From Octopus vulgaris (lineage: Eukaryota), in the NCBI GenBank assembly GCA_951406725.2, contig OX597818.1, positions 132,370,001 to 132,434,000 on the forward strand: a stretch of DNA of 64,000 nt, in the 5' to 3' direction. Both the position numbers and the translations under genes were made by a program. Of the stretch, positions 26,268 to 40,661 are shown one piece after another. Each line of letters opens with the position of its first letter. Position 1 is the stretch's first letter. The notes beneath the pieces are model-generated. The model was not told the DNA's origin, did no database searches, and saw only the letters and a program-made list of their open reading frames with translations.

Positions 26268-26638
26268 CTAGCAGTATCGCCCGGCGTTGCTCGGGTTTGT
26301 AAGGGAAATAACTATAAAGCATTTTTAGAGTTATAGCCAAAAAATAGCAAAAAAATTATGGTAAATTTTTTTTGAGAGTTAAAAGTGTCGAGTTGCGTCC
26401 CCTAGACAGTCTGTGGTTTGTGTTTCTGATTCTCGACCCCATGTCGAATTTATCGATTTTTTTCAGAACTGGGGGAACTTTTCAAAATTTTCGCTGCGTT
26501 AGTTTTGAATTATGACATTGGGCTATGAGTGTGTCAAGTTTCATCAGAATCGGTTGAAAGCCGTGGTCAGGGTGAGGGTACAACGTGACAGACACACAGA
26601 CACACACACAGACAAACTGCCGTTTATATATAGAGAGA
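26268..26638 (-). mobile_element. Non-autonomous Helitron
   Basis: Minus strand starts TC, ends gagcaacgccgggcgatactgCTAG, sits between A and T; internal (CA/GACA)n; second copy at 63640-64000. Confidence 0.8.
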
Positions 26639-26794
26639 TTACTTGCAAATAGAGAAAGAGCCGGTTTCTAACCCAGATTCAAAGCGCCTTCATTGTAATT
26701 TCAACATCAACAATAGGGTATATTTGTTTGTATGTATGTGAGTGGATTTGGTAGACGGAAACTGAAAGAAGCCCGTCGTATATATGTATGTATG

Positions 26795-26854
<60 letters not shown>

Positions 26855-26941
26855 ATCCAAACATGAAAGCACAAAAAAAACACAACAACGCGAGGACGTG
26901 GAACAAATATAGTATTATTGGACGCTCAGGAAAGAAGGAAG

Positions 26942-26976
26942 GTTTAACGTTTCGAGCGGAGCTCTTCGTCGGAAAC
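26942..26976 (-). ncRNA. Minimal hammerhead motif (U4C variant)
   Basis: Minus: GTTT-CCGACGA-a-GAGC-tcc-GCTC-GAAAC-GTT-AAAC, inside a 200-bp insert (26850-27052) bounded by (TA)n. Confidence 0.7.
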
Positions 26977-27053
26977 ATAGGAGAAGGAAAGATCCAGAGA
27001 AGGGAAGACAGAGGAAAAAAAATCGCCAACGGTACACACACGGTCACATTTTG

Positions 27054-27093
<40 letters not shown>

Positions 27094-27574
27094 CTGCGTT
27101 TGTACCCCCCAATATCGCTTGATTTATACCTTTTTTTGCATTATGTATGTATTTTCATGCATATAGTTGCATATCTAGACTATCTATGTATGTACTTACG
27201 TATGTATGTATATATGGATGAGTGCATGCATGTGTACGTATATATCAGCATGTATGCATGGGTGTATATGTATGTAACATATGGTATAATTATAAACAGG
27301 GCAAATCTTTAGCCATTTCGCCGCAGACTGAAAAAAAATGAACACCCTTAATTGATTTTCGAACCTTATTCTGACAGTCTCCAGAGGAACAAGCAGCCAA
27401 ACTGTTTATATACTCAAGAAATGCACCAGATACTCTATGAAGGAATCCCTAATTTGCTTACCGAAAATATTTAACACTCTATAAATACCAGCGGCCTGTC
27501 AACTTGGATCTTAGTCCACACACTATCAAGGTTAGATTATAATATATATGTAATATATGATATAATTATAAACA

Positions 27575-28138
27575 GGCGCAGGAGTGGCTGTGTGGTAAGT
27601 AGCTTGCTAACCAACCACATGGTTCCGGGTTCAGTCCCACTGCGTGGCATCTTGGGCAAGTGTCTTCTGCTTTAGCCCCGGATTTGAGTGGAGTAAAAAT
27701 CATGTAGCAACACCAAATGGCGGTGCCCCAGCATTGCCACAGCTCGTGAGCTGAAACTAGATAAAATAAAATAGAATAAAATAAATATATTCAAAAGTGC
27801 TTTCTGCATATGGAAGATGCATGTATGTGCATATTGGTGAGAACGTGTGTACATAGGTATGCATGTATTTATGTAGACGGAAACTGAAAGAAGCCTGTCG
27901 TATATATGTGTATATATATATATATGTATGTGTATCTGTGTTTGTCCCCCTAGCATTGCTTGACAACCGATGCTAGTGTGTTTACGTCCCCGTCACTTAG
28001 CGGTTCGGCAAAAAGAGACCGATAGAATATGTACTGGGCTTACAAAGAATAAGTCCCGGGGTCGATTTGCTCGACTAAAGGCGGTGCTCCAGCATGGCCG
28101 CAGTCAAATGACGGAAACAAGTAAAAGAGTAAAAGAGG
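27575..28138 (+). mobile_element. SINE family A with a templated internal insertion
   Basis: About 27690-27873 copies 25969-26150 and replaces the SINE segment between atagccccgg and gtagacggaaac. Confidence 0.88.
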
Positions 28139-29279
28139 GCAAATTTTAGCCATTTCTCCTTAGACTGAAAAAATGATGAACACCCTTAATCGATTTTCGA
28201 ACCTTATCGGGTTTTTCATCAGAGGCGTCTACCTCATTCTGACAGTCTCCAGAGGAACAAGCAGCCAAACTGTTTATATACTCAACAAATGTAGCAGTTA
28301 CTCTACGAAATATGTATGTATGCCTGCATGTATGGGTGAGTATGTATTTAAATATGTGGTATATGGGTTGCTGGTACCCTTTATCTTTGACTTGTTTCAG
28401 GCATTAGACTGTGGCCATGCTGGGGCATCACTTTGAAGAATGAATCGACCCTAGTACCTTTTTTTAAGCCTGGTACTTATTCTGTCGATCTCTTTTTGCC
28501 GAATTGCTAAGACTGTTGACTGGTAGACGGACAGATAATAATGAATAGGTAATGGTTTGTGACGGGGGTAGCTTTGATGTGGTGCTGAGTTAAGTGACGA
28601 TGGTGGTGATGGTAACGCTGCTTGAGCTAGGGGTGTCAGAGATAATGTTGCTGTTACTATGTGTGTGTGTGTGGGGGGGAGGTTGAGGACAAATGTTTTG
28701 ATGATGCTACTGAAAGTGCTGATATAATCAACCAGTTCTCAATCTGAAACTCAAAGCCTTGTTTTTATGTCAGAAATCACAAATACTCTCTACATTGTTC
28801 AGTTCTTTACTGTCTGAGTTCAAATCACGCTAAGGTAAACTTTGCCTTTCATCCTTCCGGGATCAGTAAAAAATGTACCGGTCACATACTGGTGTTGATA
28901 TAACTGACTGCCTCTTCCCTCAAGTTTCAAGCCCTGCACCTATGCAGGAGATCGTTATTACTTTCTGTATAAAACGTAAATCTAGGGGAGACCATAAGGG
29001 TGCCTGTATGTGGTTGCTTAACCAGCTAGAAATAGAAAGAGCATCCAGATTTGCCTCAGATCATATCCCTTGTCTCAAGAAGGTACATGGACTATTTGCT
29101 CTTGCACTCCTTAAACATTAGGAAAAGATGAGATGACCATGGCTGGAATGCCTTTGATCATAAGTCTACTTGAGCAGGACTGACCAGGGGCTATATAACA
29201 ACATCAATAACAACAACAACAATTTCTGTAAAAGTATTTTACTCTGAGTATCTAGTGTTCAATGAATTAATTGGTACCA

Positions 29280-29810
29280 CTAAATTCGTCATTACCATTG
29301 TCACCATCACAACCACTGCCATTACTATTTGCCACCACCAAAATCTCATCTGTCATAGCCACTACCACAATCATCATCATCAGAACAACAACAACAACCA
29401 ACACCATTATGAACATATTCACTATTACTTGTACAAACACTGATGCCACTATGACCACCACCACCACCACCACCACTATCACCGCTACAGCCACCACCAC
29501 TGCCACTGCCACTACCATCAATATGTTTACCACATGCAAAATCATCACCACAGAGTTACCACTGTGATAACCATCACTGCTACTACACTCACCACCACCA
29601 CCACCACCACCACTGCCACCACCACAAACACCACCACCACCACTACCCCCACCACCACCACCACCAGCACCAGCACCAGCACCACCACTACCACAACTAC
29701 CTACCTACCTCAACCTTTACCACGCCTGTCCCAATCACCCTGCTGCCTCAACTAGTGCAATCACAACCATAAAACCACCATCACAGCTATCACCATCATC
29801 AACAACATAG
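29280..29810. repeat. (CAC)n-rich low-complexity region
   Basis: Degenerate CAC/CAT triplets. Confidence 0.85.
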
Positions 29811-29894
29811 TAAACCAAGCTATGAAGGGTTCAAATTATACTATTACCACTGTGTTATGTCATTGGTCACGGTGTGACAGAACGACAGGTACGC

Positions 29895-30064
29895 TGCATT
29901 CTGAGTTAAAATTCCGCCGAGGTCGACTTTGCCTTTCATCCTTTCGGGGGTCGATTAAATAAGTACCAGTTACGCACTGGGGTCGATATAATCGACTTAA
30001 TCCGTGTGTCTGTCCTTGTTTGTCCCTTCTGTGTTTAGCCCCTTGTGGGCAATAAAGAAATAAG
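29895..30064 (+). mobile_element. SINE family C body
   Basis: ttctgagttaaaattccgccgaggtcgactttgcc..ggcaataaagaaataag. Confidence 0.85.
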
Positions 30065-30119
30065 AATGACAGATACTTTTTAAAGAGAATTCTTATCACT
30101 TACACTTATTGGCCTTACC

Positions 30120-30455
30120 CTCTCTCTCTCTCTCATTCTCTCTCTCTCACTCTCTTCGCCTTTGCTTCAATATCTCACTTGCTTTCTAAATCTCTCCATC
30201 TTTCTCTATCTCTATTTCTCTCGATTTTTATTCCTTTTGTTTTTATGTCCTCCTCCTGTAACTCTTACCCTCTTTCTCTTTATCCTCTCAATTTTACCCT
30301 TTCTCTTTTGACAATTCTTAAAGAGAATTTATCCCTCACTCCCTCTTTCTAACTTTCTCTTTCTCACTCTTTCTCTGTCTCTAACTCTCAGACTGTCTAT
30401 ATACTCTTCAATTACTCTTTTTCTTTTTAACTGGTTCTCCCAACTCTCTGCATCT

Positions 30456-30509
<54 letters not shown>

Positions 30510-30932
30510 GATTCTCATACATTTTCTCCTCTATCCTCCCTCTGTAACCCTTACCCTCATTCCCTCTATCCTCTCCTCTCAATCTCTTTCTCTCTCTCCT
30601 CTCAATCTCTTTCTCTCTCTCCTCTCAATCTCTTTCTCTCTCTCCTCTCAATCTCTTTCTCTCTCTCCTCTCAATCTCTTTCTCTCTCTCCTCTCCTCTC
30701 AATCTCTTTCTCTCTCTCCTCTCCTCTCAATCTCTTTCTCTCTCTCCTCTCCTCTCAATCTCTTTCTCTCTCTCCTCTCCTCCTAATCTCTTTCTCTCTC
30801 TCCTCTCCTCTCAATCTCTTTCTCTCTCTCCTCTCCTCTCAATCTCTTTCTCTCTCTCCTCCTAATCTCATTCCCTCTATCCTCACCTCTCAATCTCTTT
30901 CTCTCTCTCCTCCTAATCTCTTTCTCTCTCTC

Positions 30933-30972
<40 letters not shown>

Positions 30973-31046
30973 CAACTCTCTACCCCTCAATCAATCTTTT
31001 TCTTTTCAACTTCTGCTTCTCCCTTACTTTTTCTAACTCTCTGCCT

Positions 31047-31082
<36 letters not shown>

Positions 31083-31943
31083 CTCATACATTTTCTCCTC
31101 TATCCTCCCTCTGTAACCCTTATCCTCATTCTCTCTATCCTCTCCTCTCTCCCCCTCTCTCTCTCGTCTTATCTACATTCTCTCACCTTTCTCTAATCTC
31201 ATTAAATCTCTTCACTCTCCACCCCACCATATCTCTCACATTCCCTTACACATCCGCAGTCCCTCTCTCCTTTTCTTGTCAACTCCTCCCACCCTCTCTC
31301 CCTCCCTCTGCTATCCTTCTTAATTCTTTCTATCTCTGTCTATTTCACTTACTCATTCTATTTTACTCCTCCCCCTTTATTATTTCAATTCTCTCCCCCT
31401 TTCACTTTCTCCCCCTCTCTCTGTCTATATCTTTGACTCTCTCTGTCTCTGTCTGTCTCTCTCTCTCTCTCTCTTTCCATTTCCTTCACTATTCCTTTCT
31501 CTTTCTCTCTTTCACTGTCACTATATCAATCTCTTTATCTCTCTCTCTCTCTCTCTCAGTTTTAACTCTTATTTCTATTCTATTCCCTTCTTTTTCTCCC
31601 TAGCTCCTCCCTCTGTAACCTTCTCCCTCTTTCATCCTACCCTTGCTCTCATGCTCTCTCTTCTTCTGCTCTTTCTATCTTCCACTTCTCTAACTATGTT
31701 TCTATCTCTCTCTCTCTCTTCCTCTCCTCTTCTCTCTCTGCCTAGCCGTCCATCCATCCATCCATCCATCCATCTATCTATTTCTCACTCTTTCTTTATA
31801 TATATATATATATACACACACACATGTCTTACACATACACATACATATATATATACTTCTCTATATTCTCTCTCCTTTGCTCCTTCCATCTCTTTCTTTT
31901 TACTCTCTTTGATTTGTCATTGTCCACTTTGTTCTGTATCTAC

Positions 31944-31986
<43 letters not shown>

Positions 31987-31999
31987 GCTACCTACCTAT

Positions 32000-32074
<75 letters not shown>

Positions 32075-32208
32075 CCTACCTACCTGTCTGTCTCTGTTGA
32101 TCTTTCTTTCTCTTTATCTATTTCACACACTCATTCTGTGAGTCTCTCAATTTCATTTTCTCACTTCACTCTGTTCTTAACCCTCTCCCTCCCTCTCTCT
32201 CTCTCTCC

Positions 32209-32291
<83 letters not shown>

Positions 32292-33153
32292 AGTGTATGT
32301 ATCCCTTCTTTTTACTCACAATCCTCAACTTTATTTTAGTCCCTCTCTCTTCCCCTATCTCTCTACCTCCCTCTACCTCTCTCCTTTCCCCTGTCATCTT
32401 CTATCTCCCTTCTCTCTCTTTTCCTCTCTTCCTCTCTTTTTCTCTATTTTCCTCTCTTCCTCTCTCTCTCTCTCTCCCCCTTTCTCTCCCCCCTACTCTT
32501 TTACTTTCTTTGTCCCCCGCCCCACATCCTCCAATAGTTACTCCTTACATAAACCCAATGGGTGTGCCTCTCTGAACACAAATGCCCAATGCCCTGCTAG
32601 AAACAGCAGCCACTATTTCCCTCAAATTACACCTTTCAAACTTCAAAAGCAGAGAAGGACACCTTAAAAAGGGTGGGCCTAGATATCCCTCCCTCAAATG
32701 ATGTGAATGGTCAAGGCTGGAATGTCTTTGATCATACATCTGCTTGATCAGGGTTGATGTCGGGGTTAAGCAACAACAGCAACAACAACAACAACAACAA
32801 CAACAACAGCAATACATCTTCTAAGCTCCTTCTCTTCTTCTCGCATCTTTGAATAACCCTATCTTACTTACTCTCTCTTTTTCCATCCCTCCTCTCTTTT
32901 CCATCATCCTCTCCATCATAATCTATAATCATCTCTCTCTCTCTTTCTCTCCTTTAATCTCTCTCTCTTTCTCCCTCCCTATCTATTTCATCCTTAATCT
33001 TGTTTCACTATCATCTCTCTCTCTCTCTCTTTCTCTCACTCTCTCTTTCTCCCTCTCTTAATCACCACCTTTCTCCATCTTCCCACAACACACTATCACA
33101 TATTCTCTCTATTACACAATCACCTTTCTTACCCCCCGCTCTCTCTTTTTACC

Positions 33154-33198
<45 letters not shown>

Positions 33199-33870
33199 AT
33201 CTCACTTTCTATCTTTTTCACTTCTAATCCCGTTTCATTGTCTTCTTCTACCTTTTATCCTTTTTGGGGTTTGCCTTTCTCCACCTTTACATCAAGAAAT
33301 TGTCACCAATTCCACCACCCTCTCTCTTTCAAACTCTCTTTCTCTGTCTCAAACTCTCTCTCTCTCTCAAATTATCTCTCCCTTTCAAACTCTCACACTA
33401 TCTCTCAAACTATTTCTCTCAACTCTTTCTCTCTCAAACCCTTTCTGTCTCTCAGACCCCCCCTCTCTCAATTCTCTGTCTCTTAAACTCTGTGTCTCAC
33501 AAATTCTCTATATCTCTCAACTCTGACCCTGTCTCTCTCTCTCTCAACTCTGACTCTGTCTCTCCCTCTTTCTCTCTCTCTCTCAAACTCTCTCCCTCTC
33601 TCTCTTTCACTCTCTCTTTTTCTCCCTCATTCTCTCTCCATATTTCTCAACTCTGACTCTCTCTCTCTCTCTTTCTCTCTCTCAAACCCTCTCCCTCTTT
33701 CTCTCTCTCTCTCTCTCTTTCACTCTCTCTTTCTCTCTCCATCTCTCTCCATCTCTCTCTCTCTCTCCCCCCTGAAACTCTCTCCCTCTTTCTCTACCAC
33801 TGCCCCTTTTATTTACTGATCCTTTTCCCCTTTCCATCTCTCTTTCATTCCCTTATTCTCTCCCCCTTTT
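30120..33870. repeat. 3.7-kb polypyrimidine (CT)n domain with a 21-26-bp minisatellite (30570-30940) and (ATCT)n blocks
   Basis: Unit ctctcctctcaatctctttctctct repeated more than 10 times; (atct)n at 32000-32070 and 32209-32290. Confidence 0.92.
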
Positions 33871-35514
33871 CTTCCTCTCAATCTCTCCTTTCTCTGATGG
33901 TGGCAGCACTTGTGTGTTGGCTTTTCTGATAATGCTGATGATTGCGGTGATATTGGTATTTGCCATAGTGTCTTGTGTCTGTTAGTAATGCTGATGTCAG
34001 TGGCAGTGATAATAGTGGTGATGCTGACAGTGATGGCAGTGGTAAATCTTTCCATGCTTAAACTATTACCAATTCCATGCCTGTCTGTCTGTCCGTCCAT
34101 CACCTCACCCCATCTCTCTCTCTCTCTCTTTGCCTCTCTCTCTCTTTCAGTCATTCTGTTTCTGTCACGCTCTCACCCTGTCTTCCTGTTACTCTTTTTA
34201 TCCTACTGTCCAGGAAAATATTTAAAAATGAAATATTATTTTTCCTTATTTTCCTCTTCGTTTTAATTTTTTTTTTTTTTCAAAAAATTAAATAAAATTT
34301 TGAAAAAAAAAAAATTTTTTTTTAAAAAATGAAAAAGCAAAAAAAGCAACAAAAAAAATGTCACCAAAGTTTTTTTTTTTTTTTTCTCCCTTTATTTGAA
34401 AATTAAAATTTTAAAGGCAGAAAAAAAAAAAAGTTAATGTACAGAAATGTCAACAAAATATTAAAAATATACAAAAAAAAAATTATGAGATGAACGGAGC
34501 AATAGATGATGATGACAGAGGGGAAAAACGAGAGAGAGAGAGAGAGAGAGAGTAAATGAAAGAATGATGAGAAGGAGCAGGAGGAGGGGAGGTGGGGGGA
34601 GTGGACGAATGGGATAAAAATGGAGGAAGAGAAGAATGGAAAGGGTGAAAGTTAGGGGAAACAGTAAAAAAATTGTTCAAATTGGGGAAAACAGAAGAGA
34701 AAAGAGAAAGGGAGATGAGGAGAACAGTTGTAGATGTTTAGTGCTGTTGTTGTTGTTGTTGTTGTTGTTGGCGGTGGTGGTGGTGATGGTAGTGGAGATG
34801 GTGGTGGTGGTGTTGGTGGTGTTGGTGTTTGAAATAGTATGTTAGGTCTGTTGGTAGTGGTGATGATAATGTGCTTGAGTTAATGATGTCAGTGGTGATG
34901 GTGGTGGTGGCTATGCTAAAAAAAAAAAAAAAAAACTGGTCTCATGTAGCGGTGCTGGGGATGGTTGATGTGACATTGGTGATGGCGGCAGTGACGATGA
35001 TAGCCAGGTTTTCTGGTAGAGATGGAGGTGGTGGTGGTGGTGATGGCGGCCGTGGTGGTGGTGGTGATGGTGGTGGTGGTGGGGGTGGGGGTGGTGGCGG
35101 TGGCGATTGTGGCGGTAGTGCAGAGGCAGTTATGTTACTTGGGGGGTCGGGTGGGGGTGGCAGGGGGGGGGTAGTAGTAGTGGCAGAGGAGTTGCATAAA
35201 AACAAAAAGAAAGATGAGAAGGAACAAGAGAATAAGAAGAAGGTGGGGGTGGAGGTGGGAAGAGATGAAAGAAAATGTGAAGGAGAAAGAGACAGAGGAG
35301 GGGGGGTTAGAGGGGGGATGGAGAAGGACCAGAAAAGAAAGATGAAAAGGACAACGTTGCAGAAAGTGAAAGTGAACAATTATGATAACCAGGAGAAACA
35401 CCGCCCTTTGGGCGTTTTTCTCTAGTCATATGTAACATACGTAACAAATAATGTAACATATATGTGTGTGTGTGCGTGTGTGTGTGAGTGTGTGATTGTG
35501 TGTGTGTGTGTATA

Positions 35515-35680
35515 GGTATGGTTGTGTGGTGAGAAATTTCCTTCCCAAACTCAAGATTCTGGGTTCAGTCCCACTGTGTGGCACCTTTAGCAAGTGTCTT
35601 CTACTATAGCCCGAAGCTGACAAAAGCAAGCCTTGTGAGTGGAATTTGGTTGATTGAAACTGAAAGACATCTGTCATATA
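35515..35680 (+). mobile_element. Diverged SINE family A 5' part
   Basis: ggttgtgtggtgag..gggttcagtcccactgtgtggcacc..aaactgaaaga. Confidence 0.75.
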
Positions 35681-35875
35681 TATATATATATATATATATA
35701 CAAATTGAGATAGGGGTAGTAAATGCAACCCTCTATGGGATAACGTATATCAAATATACTTATGTGGTGGTTTAATAAAGTATGTGATTGAGTATTATCT
35801 GGTAATTGATATTTGATTTAGATGTGTTTCTCCATTTTCTTATCTTGTATATATATATATATATATATATATGTA

Positions 35876-35909
<34 letters not shown>

Positions 35910-35914
<5 letters not shown>

Positions 35915-36050
35915 GTAAATGTAATATGTGACAATTATTCGGTAGCCAAGTTAAACTCTGAGAGGGTGGCGTGGATTTCCACCTCGGCATCCGAAACTCA
36001 GAGTTTTATATTGGCTACCAAATAATTGTCACATATTACATTTACAGATA
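35910..36050. repeat. Fold-back next to (TA)n containing a hammerhead 3' half
   Basis: About 52-bp arms atctgtaaatgtaatatgtgacaattat.. / ..ataattgtcacatattacatttacagat; ggcatcc-GAAAC-tcaga-GTT in the right arm. Confidence 0.88.
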
Positions 36051-36732
36051 AATTCCTCTATTTACATAATATCGATGTCTCTTTCATTATTTTGTTATCT
36101 TACTGTTTTTACCAGTATATATATGTGTGTGAGTGTGTGTGTGTGCATATACATATATATCTATATACATACATATATTTACATACATATATACATACGT
36201 ATATACATATATATATAGTCCATCATATATATATGTATTTGAAACTACTACAAAGTGGAATAGACCGGTCAAGAGGGGACAGAATGTGACAGAAAGTCAT
36301 TGTAGAGATCAAAGAATGTGTTACATAAGAACTCCGACAAATAAACTAACAAAAGCAGTCAAGGAGCGCAAGCCTCCGCCAAGGCACCACCAATGTCCTC
36401 TCAACGATTAGCCAGAGATAATTTAAAATGAGAATATCTGAAATAAACTCGACTGCTTTCACACACAAAAATATGGAAAATGAACCCGATCGCTCTCAAA
36501 AATTAAGCAAAAGAAAAAAGAAAACAAACGCAAAATAATCCAAAATTTTTGTCCAGAACTGGATCGACCCCAATGGAAGTCATGGAATGTAAAGGTGACA
36601 CTAGAATATTTAGTAACAGTAATAAAGAGCTTATCCTTCTCTTATACAAGCCAACGTTAACAAATTCACTGTTTACAATAGTTTCAAATGTGGGGGTAAT
36701 GGTAAGTTCTACAAATATATATATATATACAC

Positions 36733-36836
<104 letters not shown>

Positions 36837-37407
36837 GCATATATATATATATAGATATAGATATAAAAATATGCATATACATATATCTACATGCAGATAT
36901 ATATACATATACATACATATATACACACATATATATATACATACATATATATGCATACATATATACACACACACATATATATATATACATTCATATAAAT
37001 ATATATATCTATATATATACATAAACATATACATACACACACACATATTTATATATATATATATATATTTACATATATATTTACATATATATATATAGGG
37101 TGCATATACATAGGAGTAGGAGTTGTATATATGGATATTGTTATGTATAAACATCTGTATAAATATATATACATGTCTAATATATACATATGCATACATC
37201 TTCACATATATATTTTCTTATATCATTAAGCACTGACCTACCAAACCATCTAAATTCCTAAAATCTTTATTCTTTATTCTTTATTCTTTACTATTAACCC
37301 TCTCGGGGGTGGGGGGCATCACTTAGATTCTATCACTACTCATTTGTCACTCTTTTACCTTGTATTACCCACCTCCATTCCTTCTCTCTTTTTACACTCT
37401 AATACCT

Positions 37408-37820
37408 ATTTCTTTATTACCCACAAGGGGCTAAACACAGAGGGGACAAACAAGGACAGACATTGGTATTAAGTCGATTACATCGACCCCAGTGCGTAAC
37501 TGGTACTTAATTTATCGACCCCAAAAGGATGAAAGGCAAAGTCAACCTCGGCGGAATTTGAACTCACAACGTAACGCAGACGAAATACCTATTTCTTTAT
37601 TACCCACAAGGGGCTAAACACAGAGGGGACAAACAAGGACAGACATAGGTATCAAGTCGATTACATCGACCCCAGTGCGTAACTGGTACTTAATTTATCG
37701 ACCCCGAAAGGATAAAAGGCAAAGTCGACCTCGGCAGAATTTGAACTCACAACGTAACGCAGACGAAATACCGCTAAGCATTTCGCCCGGCGTGCTAACG
37801 TTTCTGCCAGCTCACCGCCA
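37408..37820 (-). mobile_element. SINE family C, head plus two tandem body units
   Basis: Same gaaata|ggtatttcg junction; TSD tacactctaatacct on both sides. Confidence 0.92.
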
Positions 37821-38358
37821 TCTACACTCTAATACCTTTCTCTCTCTATCACCCTTTATCTCCACACTCCTACTTTCAAATTATCTCCACTGACCACTAC
37901 CTGGTACACTTTCCCTTGTCTTTTTTCTTTCTTTCCTTTATTCCTCTCTTCCTGTTTTTTAATTTTTTAAATTTTATTATTCTATTATTTTTCCTCTTAC
38001 TTTCTTCTCCTTTTTCTCTCTGGTTTCTCCTTTTCTCTTCTTTTTCTCTTTCTTTATTCCTCTCTTCCTGCTTTTGATTTGACCCTTCTATTACACTCCC
38101 TATTTTTAGGTCACTTTAAATAAAACTCTTGATTCAATAACACTATAAATTCTATTCTTGGAATGACCAATTTTAAATACCATTGGATTTTACTCATAAG
38201 GTATTGGAATCTTATATGTATACCATTCTGCCTAAAAAAATATATCTCCAAATACAACAACCCTACATGTCTCACATCTATTTTCTTTTCTTCCCTCCAC
38301 CCCCTCTATATTTTATATCTTATCTAAATTAACTATTTCTTAACCATTCTCTCACACC

Positions 38359-38406
38359 GTCTCCGATGAAGGAATATAATAAATATTCTGGAAACAGCTG
38401 TAAGAC
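38359..38406 (+). ncRNA. Type-I hammerhead motif (U4C variant)
   Basis: GTCT-CCGATGA-a-GGAATAT-aataa-ATATTCT-g-GAAAC-AGCT-GTA-AGAC; palindromic stem III. Confidence 0.75.
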
Positions 38407-38551
38407 CTTCTATCTATAAATGTTCTAATATCTATACAGCCTTGGTTTTTTTATCTCATTACGAAAAAATTTATATACATACATACATACATATATATAT
38501 ACATATATACATACATATTTATCTACATACATATATATATACATATAAATA

Positions 38552-38611
<60 letters not shown>

Positions 38612-38613
<2 letters not shown>

Positions 38614-38875
38614 TCACCGTGATCACCGTGATCGACCAGGCTATCAGATGGTGCTACACATCGCTGGTCACAATGCGCTTCACATTGTTTCAGCTTTCGA
38701 ATGACGCCCCCCCCCACCGCTGGCTAAGCGTGCAGGCCAACAAAAGAAAGAGTGAAAGTTGTGGCGAAAGAGTACAGAAGGGATCGCCACCACCCCCTGC
38801 CGGAGCCTCGTGGAGCTTTTAGGTGTTTTCGCTCAATAAACACTCACAACGCCCGGTCTGGGAATCGAAACCGCG
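38612..38875 (-). mobile_element. SINE family B (B2), 5'-truncated, within (TA)n
   Basis: Reverse complement of the 15536-15850 type. Confidence 0.88.
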
Positions 38876-38990
38876 ATATATATATATATATATATACATA
38901 TATATATACACCTATATATACATACATATACATATATTAGATCGTTGGCCACTACACACAATTTTTTCTCTCCTTGTTTTTTCTGTGTCC

Positions 38991-39026
38991 CTTTCTGAAG
39001 AAGAGCGAAGGCTCGAAACGTAAAAG
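38991..39026 (+). ncRNA. Minimal type-I hammerhead ribozyme
   Basis: CTTT-CTGAAGA-a-GAGC-gaag-GCTC-GAAAC-GTA-AAAG; stem III reduced to palindrome ACGT; inside insert 38938-39118 bounded by (TA)n. Confidence 0.85.
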
Positions 39027-39115
39027 ACTTTTTTCTATTCCTGAGCGTTATACTAATACATCTGTTTGTTTTGTACACCACCTGTCTCCGTCTTTTTTGT
39101 TCGTAAACTCTCCCT

Positions 39116-39174
<59 letters not shown>

Positions 39175-39197
39175 CATATATATATTTATATATATAC

Positions 39198-39582
<385 letters not shown>

Positions 39583-39668
39583 ATATATTTATACTATAAA
39601 ATTGGATTTAATCCTAAATCTAATTTTTCCCTGTAAGTTTGAATTTACTCCCTAATATTATTATTATA

Positions 39669-39748
<80 letters not shown>

Positions 39749-39773
39749 TATATATACATAAGTATATATACCT

Positions 39774-39833
<60 letters not shown>

Positions 39834-40438
39834 TTGTCAAGTATGAAGTTTGTAGTAAGGTATATGGTAAATTTTGACAGCTGCTCATGTTGCGCCATTA
39901 TTATATTTTGAAAATCTTTATCTTTTGTTAGAAAGCTGACCTATCTATTTCTTTATTCTAACTCATTTTGCGCTTTATAAAGTATTTGTAAATCTTTTTT
40001 GTTATTTTTGTTTCGAGATGGATAAGTTGGAAATTTGTATAGTTTTGAAGTATGAGTTCTCTCTTGGAAATACAGCACCACAGACAGCTCGGAATATTAA
40101 TGGAGTATTTCATTCTAATGTTCTTGCACAGCAGACAGTATACAAATGGTTTGCAATTTTCGTTCTGGCAACTTTGACCTCACAAATGAGCAAATATATA
40201 TATATATATATATATACGTATATATATATACATATATGTATATATATATACATATACATATATGTATATATATATATACATATATACATATACATACGTA
40301 TATACATATACATACGTATATACACATATATATGTACATATATAGGCGCAGACGTGGCGGTGTGGTAAGTAGGTTGCTTTACCAACTACCTGGTTCCGGG
40401 TAAAGCCCCACTGCGTGGCATCTTGTGCAAGTGTTGTC

Positions 40439-40488
<50 letters not shown>

Positions 40489-40610
40489 ATATATATATAT
40501 GCATATATACACATACATATACACATACATATATATATACACACATACATATATACACATACATATATATATACACATACACACGTCTATACATATACAG
40601 ACATATATAC

Positions 40611-40653
<43 letters not shown>

Positions 40654-40661
<8 letters not shown>

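Noticed and set aside
34871-35425. 184-aa Gly/Lys-rich ORF
   Set aside because: Built from GGT and GA-rich low-complexity sequence; no recognisable domain
38100-38350. Possible PLE endonuclease end (HKVLESYMY) upstream of the 38359 hammerhead
   Set aside because: Only a short motif among stops and frameshifts; not enough to call
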